Counted from the first letter of the stretch, positions 10,891 to 22,220 are shown. The stretch is DNA of 40,164 nucleotides from an uncultured Thermococci archaeon (GCA_964487115.1 CAZAPD010000055.1:1-40164); one strand, 5' to 3'. The notes: generated by a model from the letters alone, not told the origin. Program-made: numbers and translations.

Positions 10891-12086
10891 ATTCCTATTA
10901 TACTTTTTGCGAGATAAACAACAAACAGTGTCCCCATGACATCTGATATTGTTGTGACTGCAGGTATCGTTGTGTTATCAGGGTCAAGATTTACTTTGTA
11001 AGAGATAACAGCCAGAATCAATGCAATAAACATGTTCAACAGCACAATGAACGGGTATCCAATGATAAATTTCCAGATTATCCCGGCATTCTGGTGCAAT
11101 ATGTATCTCTCAACTAATGCTGCCAGTCCATTTGTTAGATACGCTATAAGTGGTGTTATAATTAATAACGAGCCTATATCATGTAGTGTCTCGATGCTCT
11201 TAACGGCTTCAGTTCCACCAAGATGGAGCTTTGTTGAAGTTTTTGCTGCAATTATAGAACTGAAATTACCTACGCTGTCTAAAATTGAAGGATACATAAC
11301 GCTCAAAATGAGAACCTGAGAAATTACTTTACTATTTGACTCAAGGGTTGAACCGGCAAAGCTTTCTATTAAAGCCAACACAGTTAAGACAGATGCCACC
11401 TCTCCAAAAGTCCTCCTGTGTCCTCTATTGATATCTGCAACTCGAATTAGACACAGGAGCATTATAAACATAAGAACAGCTACGAAGTAGAATCCCGAAG
11501 GATACTTTTCATAGAGGAGGACAAAGTACACCAAGGTGGGTATTGTTATCAGGTCTGAAACAGAGGTTATCAATGGGGCTGCTATCATATCGGGGTCAAC
11601 TCCTTTTTTGTATGGAAGAACAGTTATCAGAGCGGTGGAGTATCCAAGGATTAATCCTATGAAAATTGCGGAAGATATCACAATAAGCAGCACTAAGAGA
11701 GCTGTTTTCAAATTACCAACCTCAAAAAGCCCGATAGTCCACAGAATTATCAATGGTATTTTTGACCCTAAAATGGCCAATAGGACATTGTTGGTGACTT
11801 CTTTATCTCTAATACTGGTTATATGGCCTAAGTTAAGGGCAGTAGTCAGCCTGGATGCCATAGAGCCGAAGATATTGCCTCTCAAATCCATCAAACCGGG
11901 AAGTATCACAAGGATAATGGGATAATTCTCTGCTAAATCCTTGTAATTAGCACCAAGAACAGTTCCGCCTACGAAATCAAGAACTAAGCACAACAGAAGA
12001 GCAGGAAACGCTAATGTGAAGGCTTCTTTCACTTTCCCACGGAATGTTCTTGAAGTACCGACTGCTTGGGGCAGGAGCATCGTCAT
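10887..12086 (-). CDS. mgtE: MgtE-type (membrane domain x2) divalent cation transporter
   Basis: LPGLMDLRGN, GVDPDMIAAPLITSVSD, LDPDNTTIPAVTTISD repeats. Confidence 0.88.
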   Translation of the reverse strand: MTMLLPQAVGTSRTFRGKVKEAFTLAFPALLLCLVLDFVGGTVLGANYKDLAENYPIILVILPGLMDLRGNIFGSMASRLTTALNLGHITSIRDKEVTNNVLLAILGSKIPLIILWTIGLFEVGNLKTALLVLLIVISSAIFIGLILGYSTALITVLPYKKGVDPDMIAAPLITSVSDLITIPTLVYFVLLYEKYPSGFYFVAVLMFIMLLCLIRVADINRGHRRTFGEVASVLTVLALIESFAGSTLESNSKVISQVLILSVMYPSILDSVGNFSSIIAAKTSTKLHLGGTEAVKSIETLHDIGSLLIITPLIAYLTNGLAALVERYILHQNAGIIWKFIIGYPFIVLLNMFIALILAVISYKVNLDPDNTTIPAVTTISDVMGTLFVVYLAKSIIGI

Positions 12087-12272
12087 CCCCCCTCATAGCG
12101 ACCACCTCCTTTCTTCTGCTCATTTTTATGAGCAGGATTGGCACTTTTAAAGATTTCTGTCTACCGGATTTTCCCTTTCCCTTATGAATCAAAAGGCAGA
12201 TAGCCGCTCAAATCAGCTTTAAATGGCTAATCAATAGTTAAGATAATAATTTTAATCTCGCAATGGGTGTAA

Positions 12273-13034
12273 TTACTCTTTAATTCCTTTGATTATACTC
12301 CTCAAACGCTTCTTGGCTTCTTCCAATGAACCAGCCTTCTCTATGGCTGTGCCGGTTACAATTATATCGGCGCCAGCCGTTACTACTTCTTTTGCATCCT
12401 TATAGCTTCTAATGCCACCACCCACTATTAAAGGAACATCGAGAACACTCTTCACGGTTTTAATCATCTCGTTAGGCACATGGCTTGGTGCCCCGCTTCC
12501 CGCTTCGAGATAAACTAACCTCATTCCTAAGTACTGGCCAGCCAGTGCGTAAGCCGCTGCAATCTTTGGTTTGTGCCTTGGAATTGGCTTGGCATCTCCA
12601 ACCCAGCCCACTGTTTCACCTGGTTCAACTATCAGGTATGCCATCGGAATTGGTTCAAGACCATATTTTTTAACTGAGAATGCTCCAAGTGCTTGGGCCC
12701 CTGTTATAAAGAAGGGATTGCGTGAATTGAGGAGGCTCATAAAGAATATGGCATCAGCGTATTTGCTCACTCCACCGTGAGAACCCGGAAAGAGTATAAC
12801 AGATAGGCCTGAAGATTCTTTGATAGCCCTGACGACATTGTCGAGTATTTCCCCTTCTGCACCTGTTGAACCTCCTATCATAATTGCATCAACACCAACT
12901 TCTTCACTTATCTTAGCTATCTCGGCCGCTATTTCAGGAGAAATGTCATCTGGGTCAAGAAGAACAAAATGGAGCTTTTCTTTTTCAAGCTTTTCATAAA
13001 TATATCTTTCAACTTTCCCAATCTTTATGTTCAT
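12273..13034 (-). CDS. Geranylgeranylglyceryl phosphate synthase
   Basis: LLDPD, IGGSTG, LFPG, YLEAGSGA, VGGGIRS, VTGT; GGAGGG RBS before the ATG at 13034. Confidence 0.95.
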   Translation of the reverse strand: MNIKIGKVERYIYEKLEKEKLHFVLLDPDDISPEIAAEIAKISEEVGVDAIMIGGSTGAEGEILDNVVRAIKESSGLSVILFPGSHGGVSKYADAIFFMSLLNSRNPFFITGAQALGAFSVKKYGLEPIPMAYLIVEPGETVGWVGDAKPIPRHKPKIAAAYALAGQYLGMRLVYLEAGSGAPSHVPNEMIKTVKSVLDVPLIVGGGIRSYKDAKEVVTAGADIIVTGTAIEKAGSLEEAKKRLRSIIKGIKE

Positions 13035-13473
13035 TATTCTCCCTCCAGTTTTTAATTTCATCAGGGCTTTTAATCATTTTCCAATTTAGTCCATTCCTTT
13101 TTAGTATCCTTTTTAGGATTACATCAGGTTCTTTGTTAAAATGATATAAATTTGAGGAGATTTTAAGGTCACTGGAACCAAAATTATCGATTGGAGTGCC
13201 GTATTTTGAAATCTCTATCGATAATACCTCTTCCAATCTCGTCTCACTTGGTATTAAATATGCTCTTAGGAGTTCTGCATTCTTGAGAAAAAAGTCTATA
13301 TGCCAGTGGAGTTTTTTGTCCTTTTTAAAATGTCTTCTAACCCTCTTCTCAAGAGAGTTCATAGCAGAACCCACATATACATAAAAACCACTATTTAAAT
13401 CGAATTCCCGCCCCTTGGTCTTTATCTTCCTCTTTCCTTTGAGCTGTATGACGAGTAGGTATGCCCCTTTCAC
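13009..13473 (-). CDS. DUF123 / Uri (GIY-YIG) superfamily endonuclease
   Basis: KGAYLL...GFYVYVGSA...RVRRH...HWHIDF...FGSSD. Confidence 0.88.
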   Translation of the reverse strand: MKGAYLLVIQLKGKRKIKTKGREFDLNSGFYVYVGSAMNSLEKRVRRHFKKDKKLHWHIDFFLKNAELLRAYLIPSETRLEEVLSIEISKYGTPIDNFGSSDLKISSNLYHFNKEPDVILKRILKRNGLNWKMIKSPDEIKNWRENNEHKDWES

Positions 13474-13541
13474 CTAACCACCGTAGGAGTTTTGTAATAT
13501 CCTTTATAAAGATAGCAGAGAAAAAGTTTCAGGTGTGGATT

Positions 13542-13931
13542 ATGAATGACAGGAACAGAAAGAAAAAGGCAGTCGATGATTTTGCATGGCAGGAGTATGA
13601 GAAGGAAGAATTTGAAGAGAGCTTCCCCCATCTTAGTAAAGAACTTGAAAGGGGAGGAATTCAGATTGAGGGATATAGAGTTGATGAGCGTGAGGCTCTT
13701 GATAGGGACACACAGGATTTTTCAGGTTATATACCAACGGTTATAGATTTTCTGAGAAGGTGTGAGACAGATGATGAAGCCCTTGAGATTATAAATTGGC
13801 TTGAGGACAGAGGAGAAATAACACATGAGATGGCTAAGGACCTGAGAATAACGCTGGTGAAAAAAGGTGTAAGAGCATTTGGAAGTAAAAAAGAATGGGG
13901 TTGGTATGAGAAACATGGAAAAAGGGATTAG
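13542..13931 (+). CDS. DUF2095 family protein
   Basis: FPHLSKEL...[30 protein letters not shown]...GVRAFG...GWY. Confidence 0.85.
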   Translation: MNDRNRKKKAVDDFAWQEYEKEEFEESFPHLSKELERGGIQIEGYRVDEREALDRDTQDFSGYIPTVIDFLRRCETDDEALEIINWLEDRGEITHEMAKDLRITLVKKGVRAFGSKKEWGWYEKHGKRD

Positions 13932-15439
13932 ATATTGCCTATTCGCTGCAGAACCATCCCTTCTATCCTTATAGGCTCGGCTCTCCTTGCATATACTATC
14001 GCCTGTTCCAGCCTTGCTTCACTATCGGCGTGTATCGTGAAGAGTGCATCCCCCTCTCTAATTTTCTCTCCAACTTTAACATGGAGTTCAATTCCAGCTC
14101 CTTTATCTTCAGGTGCCCCTGCAGCCCTTGCAATTCCAGTTATTGCCCTGTTGTTAATCAGAGTTATGTACCCGCTGGCAGGTGCAGTAAATGTGTATGT
14201 CTTATCCCCTACAGGGATTTCATCGGGCTTAATATCGGGATTTCCCCCCTGTTCCTCGATGATTTCCTGCATCTTCTCATATGCCCTTCCACTTTCAAGT
14301 ATCTCTTTGGCCATCTTCTTGCCCATTCCCTGTGGAGCAATACCACCCATCTCAAGCAGAATTCCGGCCAGCCCTGTTGCTTTCTCCACCAAGCTTCCTG
14401 GACCTTTTCCTTCGATGAGCGTCCTGAGAGCCTCTCTGGCTTCAAGAGCCGGGCCAACAGTATGGCCGACAGGCTGACCACCGTAGGTTATCGCGACCTC
14501 AACATATTGTCCAAGTCTCTTTCCAAGTTCTATGAAGTCTCGGGCTAAAGAACGGGCCTCTTCAACACTTTCGACCTTAACTCCCTTACCTGCAGGGATA
14601 TCTATAAGAACATACTGACTGCCCATGGCATATTTCTTTGACATTATACTGGCGAGCATGAGTCCTGTGGGGTCAATGCTAAGTGTCCTCTCCGCTTTTA
14701 TTGTTAAATCATCTGCGGGGGCTAAATTGAGTGCTCCGCCCCATACGAGACATGCCCCAATCTTCTCGACGATTCTTTTTATTTCATCCAGAGATAGGGT
14801 TACATTTGTCAAAACCTCAACTACGTCTGCTGTTCCAGCTGCACTTGTAATTGCCCTTGATGAGGTCTTTGGAATTGTTAAACCTGCTGCTGCAACTATC
14901 GGAACGACCAGAATGTTAGTTTTATTGCCCGGAACTCCACCGATGCTGTGGACGTCCATTATCGGTTTTCTATCTATGTCGAGCATATCACCGGTTTCAG
15001 CCATTGCTATGGTTAAAGCAGCAATCTCATCCATATCAAGACCGTTTATCTCAAGAGAGGTCACAAATGAGCTTATTTCAATGTCACGGAGCTTTCTATC
15101 TACGATATCCTTGATTATGGCATCAATCTCAACTTTTCTTAGTTTTCCACCGTGCATCTTCTTTTTGATATACCTTACGCTCTCAGGAGTCCCTGCGGGA
15201 AGTATAGTAACAATTTCACCTTCAGAGAAGTTATGAACTCTCAATATATCCTTGCTTATTCCAATCTCCCCTTCATCCACCATGTTACTTATCACCACAT
15301 CGCCGTAAATTGTCTTTTTGCCAGTCTCCAGTTTGATCAGGTCTTCAGGATGAAGTCGGGCTTTTTGTGCATCCTTTTCATTTATGACTATCGAAAATCT
15401 TCCGCTATACACATCCAGAAGTTTAACCTTCGCTTTCAT
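13928..15439 (-). CDS. deoA: AMP phosphorylase (thymidine phosphorylase family, pentose bisphosphate pathway)
   Basis: 503 aa; [36 protein letters not shown]. Confidence 0.95.
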   Translation of the reverse strand: MKAKVKLLDVYSGRFSIVINEKDAQKARLHPEDLIKLETGKKTIYGDVVISNMVDEGEIGISKDILRVHNFSEGEIVTILPAGTPESVRYIKKKMHGGKLRKVEIDAIIKDIVDRKLRDIEISSFVTSLEINGLDMDEIAALTIAMAETGDMLDIDRKPIMDVHSIGGVPGNKTNILVVPIVAAAGLTIPKTSSRAITSAAGTADVVEVLTNVTLSLDEIKRIVEKIGACLVWGGALNLAPADDLTIKAERTLSIDPTGLMLASIMSKKYAMGSQYVLIDIPAGKGVKVESVEEARSLARDFIELGKRLGQYVEVAITYGGQPVGHTVGPALEAREALRTLIEGKGPGSLVEKATGLAGILLEMGGIAPQGMGKKMAKEILESGRAYEKMQEIIEEQGGNPDIKPDEIPVGDKTYTFTAPASGYITLINNRAITGIARAAGAPEDKGAGIELHVKVGEKIREGDALFTIHADSEARLEQAIVYARRAEPIRIEGMVLQRIGNI

Positions 15440-15564
15440 TCTAACTACCTCCCATTTTCCAGTAAGTAGGTTATTAAGAATACCGGTACTTAAACATTTT
15501 TAACGGAATTGCGTGGATACTTCAACTTAAAAAGGGCTGTCTAAACAAAAAGATGTAAAAAGAG

Positions 15565-15810
15565 TTATGTGCTAACTTTTTTCCTAACTTCAGCAGAGAA
15601 AGAGGGAATAATGCCCCTATCAACCCCAAGAATAGCTTTAATGACGTCATGGGCAACCCTCTTGATCTCTGACGGCAAAACTGCTTCTCTGCCGATGTAA
15701 TAATTTACTACTTCATCAAGAGGAGCACTCAAAAGTTTGTTTTTAAAAACATAAACTGTTTTGCCATCTACTACTACAAGTTTTTGGGGATAGGCTAATC
15801 TCAATTTCAT
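15565..15810 (-). CDS. Hypothetical protein
   Basis: 81-aa ORF, GGGGTGG RBS before the ATG at 15810. Confidence 0.65.
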   Translation of the reverse strand: MKLRLAYPQKLVVVDGKTVYVFKNKLLSAPLDEVVNYYIGREAVLPSEIKRVAHDVIKAILGVDRGIIPSFSAEVRKKVST

Positions 15811-15947
15811 GGTGCCCACCCCCAATATAACTCTCAATAAAATAGATTTTAAAATTTAACGCTACTACAAAACCTGAGTTTCTCCTACCCTAAAGAGAAA
15901 GACTTTCAAAAGAAAAAGCGGTGAAGTATAGAGTATAATTACGAAAT

Positions 15948-16196
15948 CTAAAGCCTTTTAACTTCCTCTTCAATTGATTCTTCAAGTGTTCTTTCCCAGT
16001 CCTCGACATCGAATTCTGTTAATTCGGACTCAAGCTCGTCTTTAAGACTCAATACTCTCCTTTTTAGGGCACTTTTAGTTTCCTCATCATAAACTACATA
16101 GTAGGGGTTATTTTTCGCCGAGAGATATAGGAGTATCAATACTATATTGAGAAGGGCAAGAAGGATAATGATTCCATAGATTATAGCATTGACCAT
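15948..16196 (-). CDS. Membrane-anchored acidic coiled-coil protein coupled to minD
   Basis: N-terminal TM helix; TAATG stop/start overlap with minD. Confidence 0.75.
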   Translation of the reverse strand: MVNAIIYGIIILLALLNIVLILLYLSAKNNPYYVVYDEETKSALKRRVLSLKDELESELTEFDVEDWERTLEESIEEEVKRL

Positions 16197-16975
16197 TATC
16201 TCCTCCCCCCAAAGAGAGCTCTAAATACCCTCTTAATCGGACTCTCTGGTTCTGGCGGTTGCCATTTAATTCCAGCAAGCTTTGCCGCCAACTGTTTAAT
16301 GGCGATTGCAGCGGGGGATGTTGGATTCTTTACTACCAAGGGAACACCATAGGCACTTGCTCTCTTTACCTCAGGATCTTCGGGAACAATACCAAGAACA
16401 GGCACCTCTAAGATAGCTTCAATCTCCTCCTTCGTTAATTCAGTTTTTTCGTTTGTAACCCTGTTTAAAATCGCACCCAATGGAAGAGTTCCAAGTTTTT
16501 CAGCGATGAGCTTTGTTTTCAAAGAATCTGTAATTGCGGATATTTCAGGGTTTGTGACTATAATGAGTTCTTTACCAATTAACAGAGCGGTTACAGATGT
16601 CATCTCAAGACCCGCAGGAGCGTCTATGAGTATGAAATCTCCCATCTGAGAGAGTTCTCTTATCAATTCTCTGAGTCTTTCAGGCTTTGCTTTTTTGATT
16701 TTTTCCAAACTCAAACCACCGGGAACAACTTTAACACCTGCAGGTCCTTCGTATATGGCATCTTTAAGATCGGCTTCCTTCGCAAGAACATCATGAAGGG
16801 TTATAGGTATATCTTCCATCCCGAGAACGAGACTAAGATTTGCCATGGTTATATCAGCATCGATTAAAATCACTTCCTTTCCGAATTGAGCCAGTGCAAC
16901 ACCGAGATTAGCAACTGCCGTGGTTTTACCTGTTCCTCCTTTACCCGAAGCAAAGACTATTGAACGGCCTTCCAC
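16196..16975 (-). CDS. minD: Archaeal MinD-type ATPase
   Basis: Deviant Walker A SGKGGTGKTT, DADITMANL, DAPAG, C-terminal amphipathic helix IKRVFRALFGG. Confidence 0.95.
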   Translation of the reverse strand: MEGRSIVFASGKGGTGKTTAVANLGVALAQFGKEVILIDADITMANLSLVLGMEDIPITLHDVLAKEADLKDAIYEGPAGVKVVPGGLSLEKIKKAKPERLRELIRELSQMGDFILIDAPAGLEMTSVTALLIGKELIIVTNPEISAITDSLKTKLIAEKLGTLPLGAILNRVTNEKTELTKEEIEAILEVPVLGIVPEDPEVKRASAYGVPLVVKNPTSPAAIAIKQLAAKLAGIKWQPPEPESPIKRVFRALFGGRR

Positions 16976-17140
16976 AGTAACACCCCCTGGATATAATAGG
17001 AGATATCATAACATCCTCTATAAGTTTTTCTAAGATGCCCAAAGCAGTCTAAATATGCATGTTGTTAAACACACTAATTCTAAAGCATTGTGTTTTTATC
17101 TTTTGCGGTTTGAGTAAAAATTAGAAAAGGCTAAAAAAGT

Positions 17141-17959
17141 TTAACTGGACTTTTCTTCTTCCAGCTTTTTCTTTGCAACTTCAGCTGTATCAGCTAAGCT
17201 CCTGAATAACTTCAACATCTCCATAGGCAATGTTAGGACTATTACATTGCTTTTATCCCCTGCAACATCACTTATAGTTTGAAGTGTCCTAAGTTGCAAT
17301 GCCATTGGATGTTCAGAAATGATCTCTGCGGCTTCTCTAAGTTTTTCAGCAGCTTGTCTCTCAGCTTCAGCGAGGGTAATCCTTGCTCTCCTTTCTCTCT
17401 CAGCTTCAGCTTGTCTTGCCATTGCTCTCTGCATTCCGCTTGGTAGTTCAACATCCTTAATCTCAACTGTACTGACTTTAATACCCCACGGATCAGTTGC
17501 TTCATCAATTATTCTCTGGAGTTCTAAGTTAAGTTTCTCCCTTTCGCTTAACAGCTCATCTAAATGGGCCTGTCCAATGACGCTTCTCAATGTTGTCTGG
17601 GCTATCTGGCTGGTAGCCATTATATAGTTTCTAACCTGTGTAACAGCCTTCACCGGATCAAGAACTCTGAAATATACGACAGCATTTACCCTAACTGGAA
17701 CGTTATCCTTTGTTATTGTTTCCTGCACTGGAACATCCAAGACCTGGGTTCTTAAATCCACAACATAGGCTTTTTCAAATATAGGTATTATGAAGAAGAT
17801 TCCGGGCCCTCTGGCACCAACTACTCTACCAAGTCTGAAGATCACTGCCCTCTCGTACTCCTTAACTATCTTTATTGCCGACGCCAGCACTATCAGTACA
17901 AACAACAAAACAATAGCTGTCGCTATCATTCCAAAATTCACCACATCACTCACCTCCAC
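17141..17959 (-). CDS. Stomatin/slipin (SPFH/band 7) protein
   Basis: [49 protein letters not shown]. Confidence 0.95.
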   Translation of the reverse strand: MEVSDVVNFGMIATAIVLLFVLIVLASAIKIVKEYERAVIFRLGRVVGARGPGIFFIIPIFEKAYVVDLRTQVLDVPVQETITKDNVPVRVNAVVYFRVLDPVKAVTQVRNYIMATSQIAQTTLRSVIGQAHLDELLSEREKLNLELQRIIDEATDPWGIKVSTVEIKDVELPSGMQRAMARQAEAERERRARITLAEAERQAAEKLREAAEIISEHPMALQLRTLQTISDVAGDKSNVIVLTLPMEMLKLFRSLADTAEVAKKKLEEEKSS

Positions 17960-19280
17960 TTCTAACGACTATCAGCATTAATCCTTCTACACCAACAACC
18001 TCAACATTTTCCCCGGCAGGAATTCGCTCTCCATCTTTACTCTTGGCTTTCCAAAGTTCTCCTCTGATCCTTACCATTCCTTCCGGTTCTAATGTTTGTA
18101 CAACTTTACCCTCCAATCCAATCATTTCCTCCTTTCCGGTCTCAGGTTTTTTCTTTCTTGCCCTAATAACCGCTGCCATTCCAAATGCAAAAAATAACGC
18201 AAGTAACACTGCCATAACTATTATAACGATTCTAAGACTTCCATAAACCTCATTACTTACCAGATACTCTCTCCCTCCGCTGAACATAAAAATACTCCCC
18301 AGAATCAATGTTATCCCCCCCGCAACTGTGAAAAGGCCAAAAGTGGGCGTTAATGCTTCTGCAATGAAGAATATCATTGCGAGAAGAATAAGTATCAATC
18401 CAGCACTCCTGTATCCAAAGTATCCAAGGCCAATAATTGCGAGAGCTACCATTATAGCCCCAGCGGTCTCGGGTACATGCCATCCGGGAGTTAGAAATCC
18501 AAGAATCAGACCCCATATTCCGAGGGTCAGGAGAATATATGCTACAGTAGGATCTGTTATGTACTGGATTACGGTATCCTTGAATGATGGTCTCAGATAA
18601 ACTATCCTTGCATTTTTTAAGTGAAGTTTGACTTTTCCTTTTCCGCTCACGGGAATCTTTGTTTCCATGCCATCGGCTTTTTTGAGTAGATCATTTAAAT
18701 CATAGGCTATAACTTCAACAACATGATACTTGAGAGCCTCCTCTGGAGTCACGCTTCTGTCCTTTAATATAAATTGCTCGGCTAAGGTTGCATTTCTCCC
18801 ACTATCCTCCGCAAGACTCTTGATATACGCCACATAGAAGTTGGTGATCTTAGCCGGAGCCTCGATTATACTGCCATTCTGGGAATAGCCGAGAATGGGT
18901 CTGCAGGCTCCTATAGCTGTTCCGGGGGCCATTGCTATCAGATGAGAACCCAAGGCGATATAGGTTCCGGCAGAAGCTGCCATCGCTCCAGATGGATATA
19001 CATATATTATAACAGGGACATGAGATGATTTTATACGCTGAACGATTTCTTGCATTGCATCTGCCCTTCCTCCGGGGGTATCAAATTCTATTATTATAGC
19101 CCTTGCATCGGCTTTTTCAGCCTCGCTTATATATCTATCAAACTGATCATAGGTATATGAGGTAATCATACCTTTTATCTGAGCAACATAGACGGTATTC
19201 CCATTATCCTGAGCACCAACATACGGGAGAACTAAAAATATTAGCATCAAAACTGTCCACATGAAGCGGATTTTCATCAT
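17946..19280 (-). CDS. nfeD: NfeD-type membrane-bound ClpP-class serine protease (stomatin partner)
   Basis: [13 protein letters not shown], multiple TM segments, C-terminal OB fold [12 protein letters not shown]. Confidence 0.93.
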   Translation of the reverse strand: MMKIRFMWTVLMLIFLVLPYVGAQDNGNTVYVAQIKGMITSYTYDQFDRYISEAEKADARAIIIEFDTPGGRADAMQEIVQRIKSSHVPVIIYVYPSGAMAASAGTYIALGSHLIAMAPGTAIGACRPILGYSQNGSIIEAPAKITNFYVAYIKSLAEDSGRNATLAEQFILKDRSVTPEEALKYHVVEVIAYDLNDLLKKADGMETKIPVSGKGKVKLHLKNARIVYLRPSFKDTVIQYITDPTVAYILLTLGIWGLILGFLTPGWHVPETAGAIMVALAIIGLGYFGYRSAGLILILLAMIFFIAEALTPTFGLFTVAGGITLILGSIFMFSGGREYLVSNEVYGSLRIVIIVMAVLLALFFAFGMAAVIRARKKKPETGKEEMIGLEGKVVQTLEPEGMVRIRGELWKAKSKDGERIPAGENVEVVGVEGLMLIVVRSGGE

Positions 19281-19373
19281 TATCGCCTGTTTATTTATAC
19301 CTCTCGGTAGTTTAAATCTTTTTCCCTTAAAGTGCAAAGACTTGGCAGGGTTCTATAAATACTGTCAGGATAA

Positions 19374-19590
19374 CTTGAGGGATCGCCTGCTAGGATTATT
19401 CAGTAACATTTGCTAATGGAGAATTAAACCGGGAATAAATCCTGACAAAATTATATCAGAAGGGAAACAGGAAAAAACAAACCTTTGCATCCTCTGCCAG
19501 TCTTTACTCCTGAAATTATTCCAGAAGCACTTCGTCCTCTCTTTAATAGCCCTAAACCAGCGCTCAACACAGTTTCTCGACCCGAAGATA
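19374..19590 (-). pseudogene. IS6 family transposase C-terminal fragment (frameshifted, with stops)
   Basis: FGSRNCVERWFRAIKERTKCFWNNF...FVF, then frameshifted FLFPF*YNFVRIYSRF..., running into the IR. Confidence 0.85.
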
Positions 19591-19788
19591 TGGAAAGGAT
19601 ATAGAATCGCAAATAGTGAAGCTTCTGAGCTGAGAGCTTTATTGAAAATGAGAGGATTTACTGTAGCAAGTACGAGATTCCACCCCCTTGACTTAAAGCC
19701 CTTGCTGGAGATTGCCAAACAGAGAGGGATCATCAAAGAAGAGGCTGGAGCTTACACTCTGGTTAGGACTGTGAAGCATTTGACTTGA
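19588..19788 (+). pseudogene. Start-less 3' fragment of an unknown gene
   Basis: 67 open codons (IWKGYRIANSEASELRALLKMRGF...GAYTLVRTVKHLT*) abutting the IS6 remnant. Confidence 0.45.
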
Positions 19789-20009
19789 ACATTTAGAAAG
19801 AATGGCTTTATTGAATTCTCAGTAATTTGAGTGAGAAATGTTGGTTGAAAATTAAAAAGAAACATAGAGTTTATTATATTTGGAAGAAACTGGTCTTAGA
19901 ATCAACTGTATATTATGGGATTCTATGCCTGCAAATTACTTATGAGATACCAGAGGCAGCATAAACTTTAAATATTATGTGGCCTTTATGTATCATTGGT
20001 GGGCTTATA

Positions 20010-20201
20010 ATGACCCAAGAAGGGAACATTAAAAGAATACATGTAACCTTTACAAAAAAACAATGGAAACTGATTGAGAATTTCAGAGGAGTTTTGGGAC
20101 AAAATGATGCCGAAATTGTGAGAAACATTGTCCTAACATGGTTATCTGAGAAATCGATTGTATCAACCACTGTAAAGAAGGAGATGGAGGAAAGAGAATG
20201 A
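20010..20201 (+). CDS. Small RHH/CopG-like regulator coupled to the methyltransferase
   Basis: KRIHVTFTKKQWKLI...DAEIVRNIVLTWL; ATGA overlap with the MTase start. Confidence 0.75.
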   Translation: MTQEGNIKRIHVTFTKKQWKLIENFRGVLGQNDAEIVRNIVLTWLSEKSIVSTTVKKEMEERE

Positions 20202-21112
20202 TTGTCAACGTAAGAACCACACATAAAATTATTTTTGGGGATTCTAGGAAGATGGATGAAATCGAAAATGAAAGCGTTCATTTGGTAGTAACCTCTCCGC
20301 CATACCCAATGATAGAAATATGGGACGACCTCTTTAGGAAGCTAAATCCTAGCATCGATAAGGCATTTGAACAATTAAAAATTACAGACAGCAAACAGAA
20401 AAAAGAGAAAATTGTCAGGGAGATTTATGAGTTAATGCATGAGACTTTATTATCTGTCTGGGAAGAACTTTATCGTGTACTAGTTCCGGGGGGAATTGCA
20501 TGCATTAACATTGGAGATGCAACAAGAAAACTCAATGGAAATTTCAGATTATTCCCCAATCATGCTAAAGTCATTGAGTACTTTGAAAAGATTGGTTTTG
20601 TAACGTTACCATACATCCTCTGGAAGAAACCTACGAACAAACCAAACGCATTCCTCGGCTCTGGCTTCCTGCCTCCAAATGCTTATATTACTTTAGATGT
20701 TGAATATATTTTAATCTTTAGGAAGGGAGAACCAAGAAAGTTCAAGCCAAAAGATTCACTAAGATATGCAAGCAAATACACTAAAGAGGAGAGAGATAAA
20801 TGGTTCAGCCAGATTTGGGATGACGTTAAAGGAGAACGTCAGACACATCCCAAAATAGCAAGAAGAACAGCGGCTTATCCTGAGGAAATACCCAGAAGGT
20901 TAATTAGAATGTTCTCAGTAATAGGCGATACTGTACTAGATCCATTCTTAGGAACAGGCACAACAACGAAGGTTGCGATTGAGCTACAACGAAACTCAAT
21001 TGGTTATGAAATAGACAAAAGCTTAAGGTCAGTAATTGAGGAAAAAATTGGTATAAAACAAAGAAGGTTAGGAGCAAATTTTGAAGTCGAATTTATCTAT
21101 CGCAACAAGTAA
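20198..21112 (+). CDS. Beta-class amino (probably N4-cytosine) DNA methyltransferase
   Basis: Motif IV VTSPPY near the N-terminus; motif I VLDPFLGTGTT near the C-terminus; GYEID. Confidence 0.93.
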   Translation: MIVNVRTTHKIIFGDSRKMDEIENESVHLVVTSPPYPMIEIWDDLFRKLNPSIDKAFEQLKITDSKQKKEKIVREIYELMHETLLSVWEELYRVLVPGGIACINIGDATRKLNGNFRLFPNHAKVIEYFEKIGFVTLPYILWKKPTNKPNAFLGSGFLPPNAYITLDVEYILIFRKGEPRKFKPKDSLRYASKYTKEERDKWFSQIWDDVKGERQTHPKIARRTAAYPEEIPRRLIRMFSVIGDTVLDPFLGTGTTTKVAIELQRNSIGYEIDKSLRSVIEEKIGIKQRRLGANFEVEFIYRNK

Positions 21113-21137
21113 CTTTCTTCTATATTATTATTCTTTA

Positions 21138-22220
21138 TTACACCCTTGCAACTAACGTGAACTGCATATTCTGTCCTTCCCCATAATACTTAACCAAGAG
21201 AAGCTCTTCCATAACTCCGATAGGAGTTATTAATTCTCGGAATTTATTTATTGCATCCCTACTGAAAGCAGGAGCAACAACGACTCCAGATACCTTGAAA
21301 CTTTCTTGATTTGCTTTAAAGAAAGTATTGAGATATAATGCTCTATTAGAAAGCTTTTTGATTTCTTCTTTCAGAACATTCCAGCTAAGAGAATTAACCT
21401 TAAGCTCCCATACCCATGGATTAATAACCCTACCATTTTTCATATCCCATGTCAATAAATCCGCCATTTTCAAGTATCCCAACGGGACTGTATTGAGAAC
21501 ATTCGAATGCGAAAACTGAACTCCAGAGATACTAAGTGCTCCAGACCGAATCCTGTAAACAATCAATGCTTCAAGATTTTTCTCATAACCATCATTGGTC
21601 AAGTAATCAAAAGTTATTGGAACCATATTACTTGGACCATCACTCTGAGAAGGACCGCCGTCACCGGAAGAATAATTGTAAAACAGCTCCAAAATTACTT
21701 CGAAGTCATTCTCTGTCAGACCTTTTGTTGTTTTGTTTTTATCTTCATATCTCAACCTTTGTGGAAGGCTCGTGATTATTCCTTTTGCAATACCATTAAA
21801 TACAACATCCATAGACATTTCCTCAAAATACAGCTCACTATGTGGTTTTATTGGTATTATCCATACTGGACTGCGAGATACAACCTGCTGTGTAACAGCG
21901 TTCCAATTATTGAACCAAGTCTTGGTGTTAATATTAGGACCGTCAAACAAGTGAGACAAAGTTTGAATAACAAGAGGGTCATCTACAACTTCAAAGATTC
22001 CCTTAATAACTCCACCAGCATGCAACAGAACGTAGTCCCCTTTTTTGACCCTAGCGACATCTGCAAGAATATCCCAGTTCATTCTAACAGTATCTGTAAT
22101 CCGCCGTTTCAAATTTTGGCTCTTCGTAAGAACTGGACGAATTCCCACCAAGCCAGAAAATATGAAATTCGTCATTACTTCATAGGAATCACAAGTAATA
22201 ATATGATAATGCCTTATCAT
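21138..22220 (-). CDS. Putative EVE/PUA-like + PD-(D/E)XK (NucS/Mrr-like) nuclease; candidate modification-dependent restriction enzyme
   Basis: N-terminal RVKKGDYVLLHAGGVIKGIFEVVDDP; C-terminal YEKNLE...ADLL...VWELK...SGVVVAPAF; starts 6 bp downstream of the REase on the same strand. Confidence 0.65.
   Translation of the reverse strand: MIRHYHIITCDSYEVMTNFIFSGLVGIRPVLTKSQNLKRRITDTVRMNWDILADVARVKKGDYVLLHAGGVIKGIFEVVDDPLVIQTLSHLFDGPNINTKTWFNNWNAVTQQVVSRSPVWIIPIKPHSELYFEEMSMDVVFNGIAKGIITSLPQRLRYEDKNKTTKGLTENDFEVILELFYNYSSGDGGPSQSDGPSNMVPITFDYLTNDGYEKNLEALIVYRIRSGALSISGVQFSHSNVLNTVPLGYLKMADLLTWDMKNGRVINPWVWELKVNSLSWNVLKEEIKKLSNRALYLNTFFKANQESFKVSGVVVAPAFSRDAINKFRELITPIGVMEELLLVKYYGEGQNMQFTLVARV

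Noticed and set aside
13009..13473. GIY-YIG protein as a homing endonuclease or mobile element
   Set aside because: DUF123-type stand-alone archaeal gene overlapping GGGP synthase; no intron, intein or flanking repeats.
13935..15469. Several long plus-strand ORFs (105-203 aa)
   Set aside because: Antisense shadows of AMP phosphorylase; similar Ser/Pro-rich shadows opposite other genes were also discarded.
19413..19736. 107-aa minus-strand ORF as an intact gene
   Set aside because: Chimera: the antisense of an unrelated fragment fused to a frameshifted IS6 transposase tail.
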